Assembly (NCBI RefSeq): GCF_018977255.1
Contig: NW_024705156.1
Coordinates: forward strand, 1 to 64,000
From: Callorhinchus milii
Lineage: Eukaryota
Length of the DNA: 64,000 nucleotides
Direction of reading: 5' to 3'
The notes beneath the pieces were generated by a model, which was not told the origin of the DNA, did not search any database, and saw only the letters and a list, made by a program, of their open reading frames with translations. Made by a program: the position numbers and the translations under genes. Positions 1-13,200 of the stretch are shown in pieces (position 1 is the stretch's first letter; the number at the start of each line of letters is the position of its first letter).

Positions 1-190
1 TCGAACGAGACGTCTGACCAGAATGTAAGAGTAGGCCAAATACCCTCAAGGAAAGCGGCTCTGCAGTGCTTCCTCTGGGCAGGGCATTCTGCTGACAGTC
101 ACTTGAGTAAGTCATTGCAGGGCTGCGCCTTCACCTTCTCACAAATGTAAGGCACGTCGCCACACTTGTTATTGGCTATTGAAGACCGTC

Positions 191-330
191 CGTAATGAAA
201 GTTTGTGTTTGGGTTGGATCGCGTGAATGTAACGCGTCGTTAAACCCGCCACCGCCCGACACAGGTGGTGGCGGGTTCAACGACACATTATATCTACGCA
301 AAATAATCCACCCAAAAACCCTTTATTTCG
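191..330. repeat. Degenerate inverted repeat / hairpin (MITE-like or structured RNA-like)
   Basis: Core arms 236-256 gtcgttaaacccgccaccgcc and 264-284 ggtggtggcgggttcaacgac are reverse complements at 19/21 around a 7-nt loop (cgacaca). Weaker pairing continues outward (tttgggttggat vs atccacccaaa; cgtaatgaaag vs ctttatttcg). Confidence 0.7.
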
Positions 331-1221
331 CATAATATTACTTACTACGTATTACACTGATTTCGACAATGCAGCACGGACACCTGTCGTGAGCACTCTA
401 CGCTGAGCTGTGGACAAATTAACGCCTGAAAAGAAAATGTACGCAGTAATTGCAGGAAACAGAGCAGCCTGCCCGTAAATAGGAATCGAGTAGAGGGTGT
501 GCGAAGAAATCACGAGGAAAGCATTCGCACGACGCCATAGGAGAAAAATAAACTTTTTTTTAGTGCGCAGTTGTGTTGTGATATCCATTCAAGACTTTGG
601 GAGATGCGCGGTGGAAATTTCAGAATGTGCCGGGAATGAGACAGTTAAACAACGCAACCCGCTATAAGGCGAACGTAATGTGCGTGTTTAGGGACATGCA
701 TCAAGTGTAACTAGCGCGACTGGCGTCTTTGGTGCAGGATTTGTTTTGTGAGTTAGTGTATGAGCTTGTAGGTAATGGTTAGTGGAACTATAAGCCATTT
801 TTCTTTATCGACAAAAATAATTACTTTGACAGCAGCAGTTATTTACCATAACATATATATTTTTAACATTATTCAACATTTTCCCAGCCCAAAATTTCCA
901 TTCCAACACATTCGATGGCTGCGTTATGTTTTTTTTCTTTGGCGATGGCAATAAACAAAAAAAATATGCTGCTTAAGAATGATAAATATGCATTTTTTTT
1001 TCTTTGCTTTGCAAGCTTAAAAATTATAGGTGTATGTTTTCAGAAAATAAAAACTACAGAATTCACACGTTTACATTTTACCAGTACGTACCTGAAATTA
1101 TTAGATGCTCCAATGGCAAAACGGTTATCGCAGTGAACTTGCAATCCGGAGGCGACTGGTTCAGTCTCCTGGCGTGGCAGTTGAAGCATTGGGCACGTCT
1201 CTTCTTTAACACCCCTGCCTC

Positions 1222-1251
1222 NNNNNNNNNNNNNNNNNNNNNNNNNNNNNN
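1222..1251. other. Assembly gap (30 N)
   Basis: Run of 30 n characters. Confidence 1.
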
Positions 1252-4200
1252 CAACAAAAATTTCTGCTACTCTAGATCAAGAATTTTGTGTTAGCGATTA
1301 CGCTTCATCAACCTAGCTAACTCATGGATAACTCAGTGAAGGCGCTGAAAAAGGATTAAACTTCAATATAATTCCATGCGGCGAATCCTCATGCGCTCTT
1401 GCGCAGAACACGGGGGAAGATTGTCAGAAGTGGAATCTTGGATGCATCTAGCCCCGCCGGGACGAGTTCGCGCGGGGGCGAAAAGCAGTGTAGAAAAACA
1501 TCGCAGTGGACACTAGTTTGGCGAAATTGCGTCACGTACAAAGTCTTCTTTATACGTATATGCCGTCTCCTCTCAGTGTACGGCCTGCCTCACCGGGCAG
1601 CGTTGATAATTCATACTATTTGGTCATTGATGGATCTAGAACTAAAATTTGTGTCCTTAGCATGGTGTAGTCTACGGACCTCCTCAATCCGTTACTAGTC
1701 GAAAACCTACCATTTTTGACTGTCGGGCCATGATTATAAGAGACACGGACACACGGAATTTGTAGGCCGTCGATGTCTCAATCAAATCACGCCTACTAAT
1801 GGCGCCATGACGCTCCTTTTCAGTAACATCGTGGCTTAGACAGCCGGATAAAGCTAACAGCAAATAACTGAAACTTTACGGCATAACGCTTATAACGAGC
1901 GCCCTGAATTAGTAAGAGCAGGGTCTCGTTCTAGGGTCAGGCCCAAACAACGGTATCAACGACCGCTTCGTCGACGCAGGAGCGATTGACACCCACCTAT
2001 TGGGGGAACCTTCTAAGGCGTTGAGGTGGGCTAAACAAAAGCTCCCAAATCCATGTTACCACCGAATAATCCCTTCCCATGCGGCTACGTAGACCATCCT
2101 ACTAATCTTATGCCCCCAAGGGGTCCTGAAGTAGTGTCGATCCGCGACGGGAAATTAAATTAGAGATCTAGGGAGCGAGATGGGTGCATTCTTGTAAGCT
2201 CTCGCTTGTAACGCAAGGGGACCGTTCCCTTCGGCTGTATTAAATCATCCCGGAGTGGATCTAGCTTGCACACGTCAATAAGGCGCAGCACTGTGCTGGT
2301 CTGCACACACAATGTGGGGACCACTAGTTCTGAGGATCGAGTGCTCCTAGGTATTCTGTGATTTGTAAGTGATAGTACATCGTTTGGCAGTGGGGACTAT
2401 GATGAAATTTAGTCAGGGCCCTTTTCCGGGACCGGACAATTATTTGCAATCATCCTCTACCGTAGAACATTGTGTTAGAATGTAGCCGCACTGCTAAGCG
2501 TACTTTTATCGTATCAAAACAAACACCGCTTGGCATTCAGACCCAAATACGGGCTGTAGTTTCATATGAGCGTACATGGTTAGGGGATGTGGGACCGATA
2601 ATACAAGAAGAACTGTAGACTGGATCATTAATGCATAAAGCGTGTAAGATTTGTTACGGCCAGACTAGAATAATGAGGATTGTCCCCAGCACCTCGCTTA
2701 CGTTACTACTCGCAAGGGTAAGGCAGCGAAAGGGTTATGGGTTAGAACCGGGCGGGAGATGTGCGTAGTGAAAATGTGTGAACAATGCAGCTTCGTTTTA
2801 CAAATTGAGCAATCTCGGTAAGGATCCTATAGCCGTACCAGGAGGACGGCCTACGCCAAGATGCTCGAAGTTCAAGCGATACGACTGCATGTTCGTAGTG
2901 GGACCGACCTGGGGCCGAATTCCCGATACTCTCCACGTAGGTACAAGGCGGCATACCCTGCTACATTCTCCGGTCCAGAACCTGGACCATGCTCACCGAG
3001 GCAGGGCACGTTCAACGGGGCCACCTGCATTCGTCGACGTCGCGTACACATTATAAGCTTAACCGTATGACTTGGAGATGGTTTTTAACACGAACTGCAA
3101 GTGGCAGACCCAGATCAGAGATGGAGAGCCCGTAGCTCGGCATGGCGCCACGGTATACGTTGTCGTATTGGGCCCGCGGTATCTGCGACGTGCATCTGTT
3201 TTAAGCTTATGTATATGATCTCTAAGCCTGTCACACATCTTCCTTATGTCGGTAAAAGCCGCTTCCTAGGGAGGAAATGGGGAAGTATGGCCTGACGTGT
3301 GTTCAATGGGATACGGAGAGGGACGAGCTGGGCTCATAACAGCGCGAGACAGGTCGTTAAGTCAGGCCTTAAGACATCCCCTAACCGTCGCTGTTAACCC
3401 TTGTATCGGTTCAGATAGTTCTGATTAGTCGAGCAGTTAACCTGTTAGTCGGGCAATGGCGCAGACTGCGAAGTATTTTCATGAGCCGACTGATAAAGCC
3501 CCTTTAGATCGTGGATGTTCTTCGCAGGTATCTCCGAGGAGTTTGGGCCCGGGATGCAACGTTGTGGCGAGACCGGCTGTTGTGGTAAGGGCGAGGTTTT
3601 GTATGAGCGCCGATATTATCATGTACCACCGTGATGCGAGTGTAATCCTTTCAGGTGCTTGGCGGTAGAAATCGTATCGTTGTGGCGTAGGTGTCCCTGT
3701 GAGCGAACAAGTACCCACAGGAAGTATTTTTTCTTATGACAGCCGACTAAGGATCAGCGTGTCTAAATTTTTATACGATAACGTCAAGACTATTTACCTG
3801 GAATACGTAACGAGGACGAGTTTAATTAATGTCTACCCTGAACCTGCACGGCGCGCGAGTTCGTCCCGGATCCTTGTCTACTAGGTTGGTGCTACGAACT
3901 ACTGCGGTCAGTACCCAGATTCCTCCTTCTGTTAAAAATCAGGGAGAGCTGGAGTATTTGGTTTCTATTTGACTCACGGTTAACCCTGTTCCATGGATGT
4001 TCACATTACAAAGGACGACCATGGATTTTTAATTAACTGGCTGCTGCCACGCTGTGAGAAGATAAAATCAGGGATAGATATCTTGCAGGGCTGTGCCTGA
4101 AGACGGTATCTTAAGGGTTAAATCCGGCTGGGAGGTCCATTCCGCGTTTCAGTGCTATCATCGAACAGCTTTAAGCAGCCCTGGTACAGCAGTCCGCCGG

Positions 4201-7200
4201 GAAACATACGCCATTTGTTCTGCCCGGCTAATTACCTGGAAGGCCGGAGCGAGATACAATGGACAGCTCTCGGTTTAACAGCGCGACTGATTGTAGACAC
4301 TAATCCACGTTTTTAGTCGATATAATGAGTCTTCGCGTAAGGAAGCACACCATCATAAGACCAAGTCAGTGTGTATTATGGTATTCGGATCAGCTGTAGG
4401 ACACTGATCTTTCGAAGAGTTTTACCAAACAGTTCATCACCGAACTTCTGAAAATGCACCGAATTAACACCTAAATGCGGGTGGAAATTTAAGTTAGAAC
4501 GTCGCATAGTTTTGTGTAAATGTTATTCGCTAAGCAGTCTGGCTAATTCGTAGGTAAAGCTCTCAGCGCGAGAGGCTTCTATTGTTCATCATCGGCGATG
4601 TAGGATTAGTGGGTATTGTCCGCCGTAAAAATATGCAGATCGCTACAAAAACAACGTGCTTTAGCTGACTGCAATGAGATCCGCCCAAGATGGTAGGGAA
4701 ATAGTGTTGAACCGCGCAACTAGGGGCTTATATTCAAGTGTCTACAAAGGCTCGCACGAATATCTCGATAGTTAACCCTTTAAGAGAGCTCACATTTACC
4801 TATCAACGCGTTCTGCAGAGTGTCGGGTCGAACCACGGTTCTGTTGAGCCCTGGGTTACAGAACTACATGTGGCCGCGCGGTATCGTGACTGTGAGTTGA
4901 CCTTCAGAACATATATAGCGCCAGCTGTGGAGGAACGGCGAGGAGGGTCGTTACTTGGAGGGCGCTTAATAAAGCAGGGGAAGCCGACACAGATGGCCCT
5001 CTATTGAGCAGGCCCGTGCGATTAATGTTCAGTTTATACGAATTTTGACGTGCTCGAAATTGTTGATATCGGTTCGATCTTGCAGGTTCGGAACCCTACC
5101 AACATCAGGAAATTATGGGATGGTATTACAATCGGTCAACATAAGTCGTGGGGTCCTCCTATCAGGATTATCTTTGAATGAGAGGAGGAGGTCCGTTCGT
5201 GTACTCGGTTTCAGGTCCCAGCAAGACCCCTACCCAAATCCGCCGTACACTGCTTAAGAGCACAGATCACGAGAAAGGCGTATAAGCTCTTCAACTAATT
5301 CAGCTCTTGCTTGCACTATGTTTTTTCGACAACGCGGGCTGAGAGTGTTCTAAATAAGACGGGGAGTGACGTTTGTCCTCGTACGGGAGATGGTCGACAT
5401 GACGAGAGGACGTAGACGTGCAATAAAGCCGAATGAACCATACGTTAGTCTGTTGGGGACGCCTTACTAAGACGTTCCGCCTATTGCACTGCGAAATCAC
5501 TTACAGGAAACGAATACCAACTGTCTTGCACAACCAGAATACACTGCTATGAGCCTAGTGACGAGAGCCGTCACTCTAACCAGCTTTCACTACTGAAAAC
5601 GTGGCAGTCAGTCTAGACGGGCTGACTTCACGACCCTTAGGCGAAACCAGGTCGCGAGGGCACATGAAATACTCCGGGCTTATTATACAAACTTAGAATA
5701 GGTCGTGAGCTAGTAAGTATGGCCAACGTACGCTGGTTACATGTAGAGACTGTAGCTGGACATATATCTCCCTATTCGGTGTCTACATGAGAGGTTAAGG
5801 GTAGGCCTCCCGTGTGCTAGCCGGATGAAAGCGCCTGAGCGAAAGGTACCAATGGCGCCGTTGGAGTGTTATACGGGATAGGCGGCACATTCCCGCACTA
5901 AATCTACCACTGGATTCGGGGGGAGACGAGCGCACAATAGGTAGTTAATCCGAGAGGACGAACGTCCCGCTAATGGCCAGGAGGTTCACACAGATTAATT
6001 CCGCCATGAATTAAAAGTTAACAAGATATAGACAGTGTATTAGTGGGATCAATTATCATTCATTGATTGTCGTAGTGCTGCGACGTCTCATCTAAGCGTG
6101 CCCCTATAGAAAAAGCATTGTTAGGAGTCAAAAGATTCTGGCCATGCAGGACCTGTAGTGGGACCGACGCCATGTACGAGCTGTACTCCAATTTTTGTGG
6201 AGTTAACAGACTGCAGGCGACTGAAATGCATGGGTCCTACTTGTATCGAAGCCCCGATGTCCCGCAGATAAAGAACTGCTGCAGCTCCTGAATTGAAATC
6301 GAGATAGGTTTCTAATCACGTGTAGACACTACCATGGGCTTGAACCTGGAGTGTAATGCATTAGTTGTAACTACGTCCCAATGGTATGGATGGGAAAACC
6401 CGCCTACGGATGCCCCCACTGCCGGTCTTAGAAGCCTCCCTCCAAACCTGGCTCGATATTAATGTCTGTCAGAAGGAGGCCGACGTTCATAGGTAGTCAG
6501 TGGTCCATGTAGCGGAAGCGAAGCAGTTACAATGGCGTAGGCTTTTCCTACCTTTCTGACGCAGACGACGTGGATCCGGGCGCAGCTCTGCGTCTATAAA
6601 CAGTATAAAAGCAAAAGCATATGACACGTTCGACAGTGTTGCACTATGTGGGGGAGTCTATTTGTCTAATCCTCTTGTAACCAGTGTCGGTTCGAATCCG
6701 GCCTTCACCAGCGACCGACGGCATTACCTCACGGACAAGACAACATACGTTCACACTACTCAGGCGACTCGTGATTTAAAGCCTACAATGTGTCGCATTT
6801 GCGCTGGTCGGGTAACGAAAAAGCTGGGATTAGGCGTGCCAGTGATAGAGACGGTCAGAGTTTAGAAGGCTAGTATGATCTAGCCATTCAAGCTAACTTG
6901 GCTGCGTTTACGGCCGCGGGGTTGCGCTATAGCCACCTGCTAGACGGCGTACCGAGATCAGTGTGCAAGCACGTCCGCTTTATTTATACGCATTAATACA
7001 CGACAACAACCAAAGAGTAACGGGCAGCTTGTGTTACGTTCCCGGTAAAAGCCGTAGGAAGTTCATGAAGAGCTTTCAAGAGGAGCAGGTATTGCCTCGC
7101 TTCGTGTGAACCTTCTTAGTCTCTAAGGACGCCCCTTTGGCCGGATTCCAGAAGAGCCAGAACGGATCCGGAGGTGGCGTACGGACGTGCGTTTCACTGT

Positions 7201-10200
7201 TCGTATACAAACTCAGCTTTGATTCCGCTGAAATCCACAAGGTGACACACGACTACTGTCAAGCGACCTAAAGTAACTCAAGTAAACTAACGCTCTCTAA
7301 CTCTCACAAGCTTGAAGGTCATTGTGTGGGGTACATATTTCACGGTATACATTAGTTTGCTTCGCGAGTCTTTAGGACAGAGCCGGGTCGCTCAAAAGAT
7401 ACGGGAGCACCACCGTGCTTATCATAATACCGAGCATGAGACACGGTTTTACGCAAACCTTCTCTAGATCCCGACCAGAAAGTCAGTCGGGGACACTTTT
7501 AATTAACCAGAACTATAAGGTCGAGATTCCTACAGCAGATCTCGCGTTCCTCTTGCTAGTCAGAATATTTCCGACTGCGCGTTAGATTAGTCGCTAACGG
7601 GACCCGAAGGCGTTAGCGAGTTTCGCGTAAGTCCGTTTGTACATTTCAACTCGGAAGCTGAGACATCCCAACTAAATATGTTTAACTGGGCGTCAGATAT
7701 CATACTATGGAGTACGTCTGTCGGCTGACACACACAAACCGCGAGCATCTCTGTGGAGGATTAAGCTCCGACCTACGTTGAGTGTTCGGTCTTCCGTTTG
7801 GCTTTGTAGTCTTAAGCCAACAGTGACGACGCAATGTTTTGACCCTTGGGTGACCGAAAACCTGAAAAAGCCGACCAACCTGCTGCCACAAAAGGTTATC
7901 GCCCGCTCGCGGACGGCAATCTTTATTATAGTGGCAAGTGCGACGCGAACCGGCTTTCCACAGTAACCAGACTCACTTCAGGCCTAACCGGCTATATGGA
8001 GCGGGGCTTCAAAGCTCCCGTTGCGGACAAATTGTCGCGTAGTCTACCAGTAGCTGAGAGAACTCATTACTGTTTCTTGGAGACAGGTGTGTGGTTTCTA
8101 CTACTTGGGGTAGTGGCCATGCGGGATCCTTGTTGCTTTTGACCGGAGATCTGGTGAGCGGGTCCAGGGTCTTGTTAGAGGCACATACTTCGTCTGATGC
8201 GCGGGAGAGCTGGTATCCGAACATGCGGGCGCCCTACTTCACGGACCAGACACGGGGGGCCCGCCCTAGCTAATATCTATGTGGTGGTGCGTTAAATTGT
8301 GGCCCATCCCCCAGTGGAAGCGTGAGGCTTACCTTCCGTGGTAGGCGATGGCTTCCAGCACGCTCCATCCATAAAAGTACGTCGCGACCGCCCGTGAAAG
8401 ACCAGACGCACGGGTGTCAATAACTGCATGAATCGTTCCTGCTACCCCGGATATAAGCTTACCTAGACGGATGAAATTTCGCACAAGATCATGGCCACGG
8501 CTTTTCGTTGGTACAGGATCCGATCGCAGGATAACCGGGGAAAACTTTTTGTATAACCTTTCATGATGACCTTGTTAGGTCCGTAAGAGATCTGGTCATC
8601 TCTTGATGATTTGATTTAGAGGTGAGACAATATCAATGCAAGGAATTTATGTCTACGGGGGCGTTTTACACGACCGTGGAGACACCCGCGTTGTCCAGTG
8701 CTAAGGATCGACATTAAATGTACAGAAAGGCGTGACCACTCTGTGTAGTCAGCATTGATAATAGGACAGTTATAGTTTTCTGTCATTCGCGCAAATGACG
8801 CGGCCTGAGATCCCAGTAGAAGGGACAAGTAAAGTTACTAGACTGAAGGACACCCGATCTCGGGCCGTACAATCTCGGTGTTCTGTTCCAGTCTGCTTTT
8901 GTACGAATTGAGTATCACTCCGGTGACATGAAACGCATCCTTTGGAATTTGATGAGCTTCGACGATCTGCCTGGGAGACTGTAACGCGAGCCATATAGCG
9001 TTAGGCAAAAAGAGGGTCCAGGCGAGGATCTGTTCGCATCACGCTGCACAACACACGGCTCAAGTGACCCATCGGAATCACAGGCCACACATGGGAGAAA
9101 AATCATTCATACATAGCAGAAATCGGATCTGAATGCAAGCTCGTCGGTTCACATATCCGGTGCGAACGCATGTAAGGAAGTGGCCGCCGATAACCAATCG
9201 GTGCAGAATCATAGAAACAGCATGTCTCGACGACGTGTTCTTCAAAAATGGCAGCGTACGCCTGGAGTCCATCTTGATCATGCCTCCCTCTGCTTAATGA
9301 CTGGCGCGACAATGTTTCTACTAATTGCGCGAGAACAAGCTTATCCTTAGGACAAGTCCTTCGTCATAGGAGCGAGATTTGCCTCTACGACGTAAGTGTT
9401 CCATAGGAACAAAAAGAACATAATCCGAATACTTGGCCGAGGACGGCCAGCCCCTGCGTGTTTGCAACGATCGGCCAGTAACTGCAAGACACTCTAGGTA
9501 TTAAGTCCAACGATGACAGAGATAATGTTTGTCCAAACAATTAGTCCAACTACTAGTTCCTCGCGGCCTTGGTCTGATACGCGAGTGCGTCCTACACGAG
9601 ACTAAAATCGGTGGCGAGCTGCACAATCCAGTCATCTTTAAACGGTTGGGTAAGTACGTGTAGCACCAATTTCCGTGTACCTAGGCCCCGAATTTATCTC
9701 CCGTCGTCGTAGAAGGGGCTTCCCAGCGGGGCTAATCCGTTGAAGCGCAAACGCCACATATCGGACGCTAACGGTGTTGTATAACTGTGACATCGGTACA
9801 ACCGAGTAATTTAATGGGTTGGAACGTCAGCTCATTTAGTTTGTAACCCGGGCTTATGACAGTCAGTGAGTCCCTAAGTCGGTGCAGATCTGTCCAAGCG
9901 GTACAGGCCCCAGACAAACACCCCAGGGCATCATCGTGGCAAGAGCTGGCTTTCTTCCATAAGCCCAGAAAACTCGAGCCTTTTGATGGACATGGCTGAC
10001 GGAAATGGTATATCAGTTCGACAGAACATTCTTGCTAAGCTTTCTTACCCAAAAATCACTCCGGGAGGTGTCTCACCTCCGGAGTCCGACGTACGGCCGC
10101 CTCAAGCGAATGAGGAAAGTGGGGAGGGACCCATCAGTGAACTGGCATCTGCAGTGAACTTGGTGACAAAAATTGAATACCGAGGAGTGCACTCGGGTGG

Positions 10201-13200
10201 CCATAAATAGACCCAGTTAATTCTATCGACACGTTATGACAAGGGCCAACATCTCATGTGGTTTTTAACTGAGACTTATTAATCCAAGGGCTGCCTTGAT
10301 AAAACTAGCAGGTCGCTTCACGTTCCAACGCTGCTAGTGTGTGCCGCCTGGCGAGCGGTTAACTGTTAAGGCGAGACTAAAATAGCTTCTACGTTTCCGT
10401 GCCACGAACACCTACTAAAAGCAGGCGCTGCCCCTTCTCATGCTCAAGTAGCAGCCTATTATCTCTAGTTCCCGAGGACAGGCCCCGTTAATATTGAACA
10501 TTTGGGGAAGTGTAGAGGTGGTAAATTCGCCCTCCTCGCGCCAAGAGCACAGCAACCGTAGGGCCAACACGAGCCAGAATAAAACTTCATTTGCCAAACT
10601 ACAAATACGTCCGTTTCACCGTACGACCCACTGTGAACACTCTCCGATTTTTGGATCATCGCTACCACGGGAGGGATGACTATGGCACGCGTCAGACGAC
10701 CACACTCCGCTCAAGCACTCTTGTGCACCGTGGAAACGTGCCATATCGCATCTGCAATCCAACAAATGTAAGCTTATAACATTCAAGACATGTTGCGCGT
10801 ATTCAAATTAATATATCAATGACACGGACGGATTAGTTAGAAGGCCCGCATCGAGGCACAATCCAGAAAGGTGCACCTCCTCTCCCTGGAGAGTCGTGCA
10901 TTCAGGAAATACTTGAACTGTCACGCCTTGCTGAGACCTGTGGCGGTAATTTAGCTCCGCGCATCGTTTGCACTCAGTCGCCCGCAACACTATTTTGCAT
11001 CACACGGACGTCTCGTCGGGGAAGCAGCAATGCTTAGCCTAGTGGTGGTATTCTTCAAACCAACCGGAGCTTTAGAACCCTTGTTTAATTCATAACTGTG
11101 CATCGATCGAGTGATAGATCTGTTGCTCGCGCGAAATGAACAATAGGTAGAGATCAATAGGTGTATATTGCTCAGATCGAGTAGGAACTGAGGTGCTAAG
11201 GTAGAACCTCTACAGTGTAATGGAGAGCCATATAGGCGACGCGTCGTCCCGACACTCGTTCATACGGGAAGATTTGTTGTCCGTTTTTAGCACTACCTTA
11301 AGGAACCTGAATCTTCGCTTGCTAGAAAATTAGTTGGCTAAATGCGTTGCCTGAATGCAGAAAGTAACGACCGGAAGAGTACATCGTATAGTTGGCAACG
11401 CCATCTTGACCAAAGAGGCTAACCGCGCTGACAGAACGATTTAACCCCAGAAGGTAGGAAGCCGCATGATTAAATAGCCGGCGTACTCCTTAGGAGTATG
11501 ATCGATCCGCCGTAATCCATCCGTAGCAAAGTAAAATTAGACCCGAGGATTGCGTGCGTGCTCAGCCGTAATATGCCGATGGGCTAACCATGTAGTTTCG
11601 CGCTGCAACCGGCAGACTGATAAGGTCGCGAATACTGATCAAAGTCGTCTAAATGAGGCCAGGTCTCCTGTAATGAAGTAGGCACCCTTCCTTGGCAAAA
11701 ATTATCGCCTAAGTTGAATAGCTTTAATTACGCACAATAGGATTTCTCTTGACTAACACCCAGAGCAATAACTAACGTGCCTCAGCGGGTCTGCCCGCCT
11801 TCCCCAGGATGGATCACGGAGCGAGGTAACGCTTATCAGTTGTACGTCTAGCATGCTTTTCGAACATATCGCAACGAGGCCACATGTATGAGCCGCTGCT
11901 GCTAACGCTATGATTCGTTACACTCTAGAAGGGTAGTAATCAGAGCTGATCATAAGATAGACTAGTTCGGGCCGCCCAGACCAAGTACCTGCCCATCCTC
12001 ACATCTAAACCCCTAACGTTGCTACCTAGTCCTGGTTGTATGACGCCATGCAAATTGATAGCGAAAGTTATCCCTCGGCATCGCTTCTGGGCAACGCGAA
12101 AAGGTTGACGGCGTAAAGTATAGGTGCGTGCCTGCGTTTAGTAGAGCCGTTCTCAGTACAGGTTTACACGGTGGAATTGTAAGCTCAGCTCATACGATAT
12201 TAAGTCGACGAGCTAGCAATCGACCGCCTTCTGATTACGTCAGGACCCGTACTAGCACAAAGGAGTGAAGGAGTCTGTCTCCGCACTTAAAGCCGACATC
12301 CAGTCCCTGTCGTGGTTCCTGGGCGAGGCGAAAAAATTGAGAATTACTATATGAACTCCCGTGGCTCACGTCTCTAAGCCCCGTATTCCTAGTGACTGCA
12401 AGAGCCAGCCTAATTAGGATGTTAAGAAGGCATGACGAAACATGACAAGTACCTAACTTTTCGTGTCTCAGCTCTGAGTCTTCCTCAAGTACAGTGATCT
12501 AAGCCCTAATATATAATTGCACGCCCATCTAAACCCTACATAGACTAGAGCGGCGTGATACCATCGTGTAGTCAACCATTGACGCGCGTGGAGCGTCGCG
12601 TGTGGGACTCAAGTGGCGAAACGCCTAGAGAGTAGACGGAAGAGGTAGACCCCTTTAGAAATGGTAAAACGATAGGCTTTCCTTAGATGTGATCTAAACA
12701 TCGTACATGGTGAGGCCATCTGGAGTCAAGTCAGACTGGTCAGCAACTGCTGCATGACAGTGTTAATCCTTCCCGCAAGGCTCTTCTCGGAATGTTGTGA
12801 TCATTATTAGCTTTGACTACTAGCTAATTCAGTGCGAAGCGCAAGCTGGCGGCTTACCGTGGTGAGTGCATGGCCTCTCCTGTATCGGACCCACGCCACG
12901 CGGGAATCTGAAATGTAACCGTGTTCCACATTAAAAGGTTCGATACGTTGAGGATCAGCCACGGGATTTTGACCAGCAAACCGAGCATGGTCCTTCCTCC
13001 TGAACGCAGGAGTCCTATGATCAGTACCTTAGCTTTTTGATTAAATACCTAGGCCTATTTGCTTTGCAACAACCCTGAATCTCATATCTGAGTCCAAGCT
13101 AAACACGACATGGATATGCTTAGCTCCCGGAACTCAACTAGGTAGACACGGGATATACGGTTTAGCCACCGACAATTACGACCCGAAACCAAGAACCACC

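Noticed and set aside
1-112. Open frame 1-106 ending at a GTAAGT donor-like site
   Set aside because: Only 35 codons, no recognisable homology, and the upstream end is outside the window.
1252-1294. Weak inverted repeat right after the gap (caacaaaaatttc ... gaattttgtgttag)
   Set aside because: Short, AT-rich and gapped; compatible with chance.
6650-6710. tRNA-like T-arm gtcggttcgaatccggc followed by cttcacca
   Set aside because: No D-arm, A-box or anticodon stem, and the best acceptor partner is only 36 nt upstream; treated as a chance hit in the random block.
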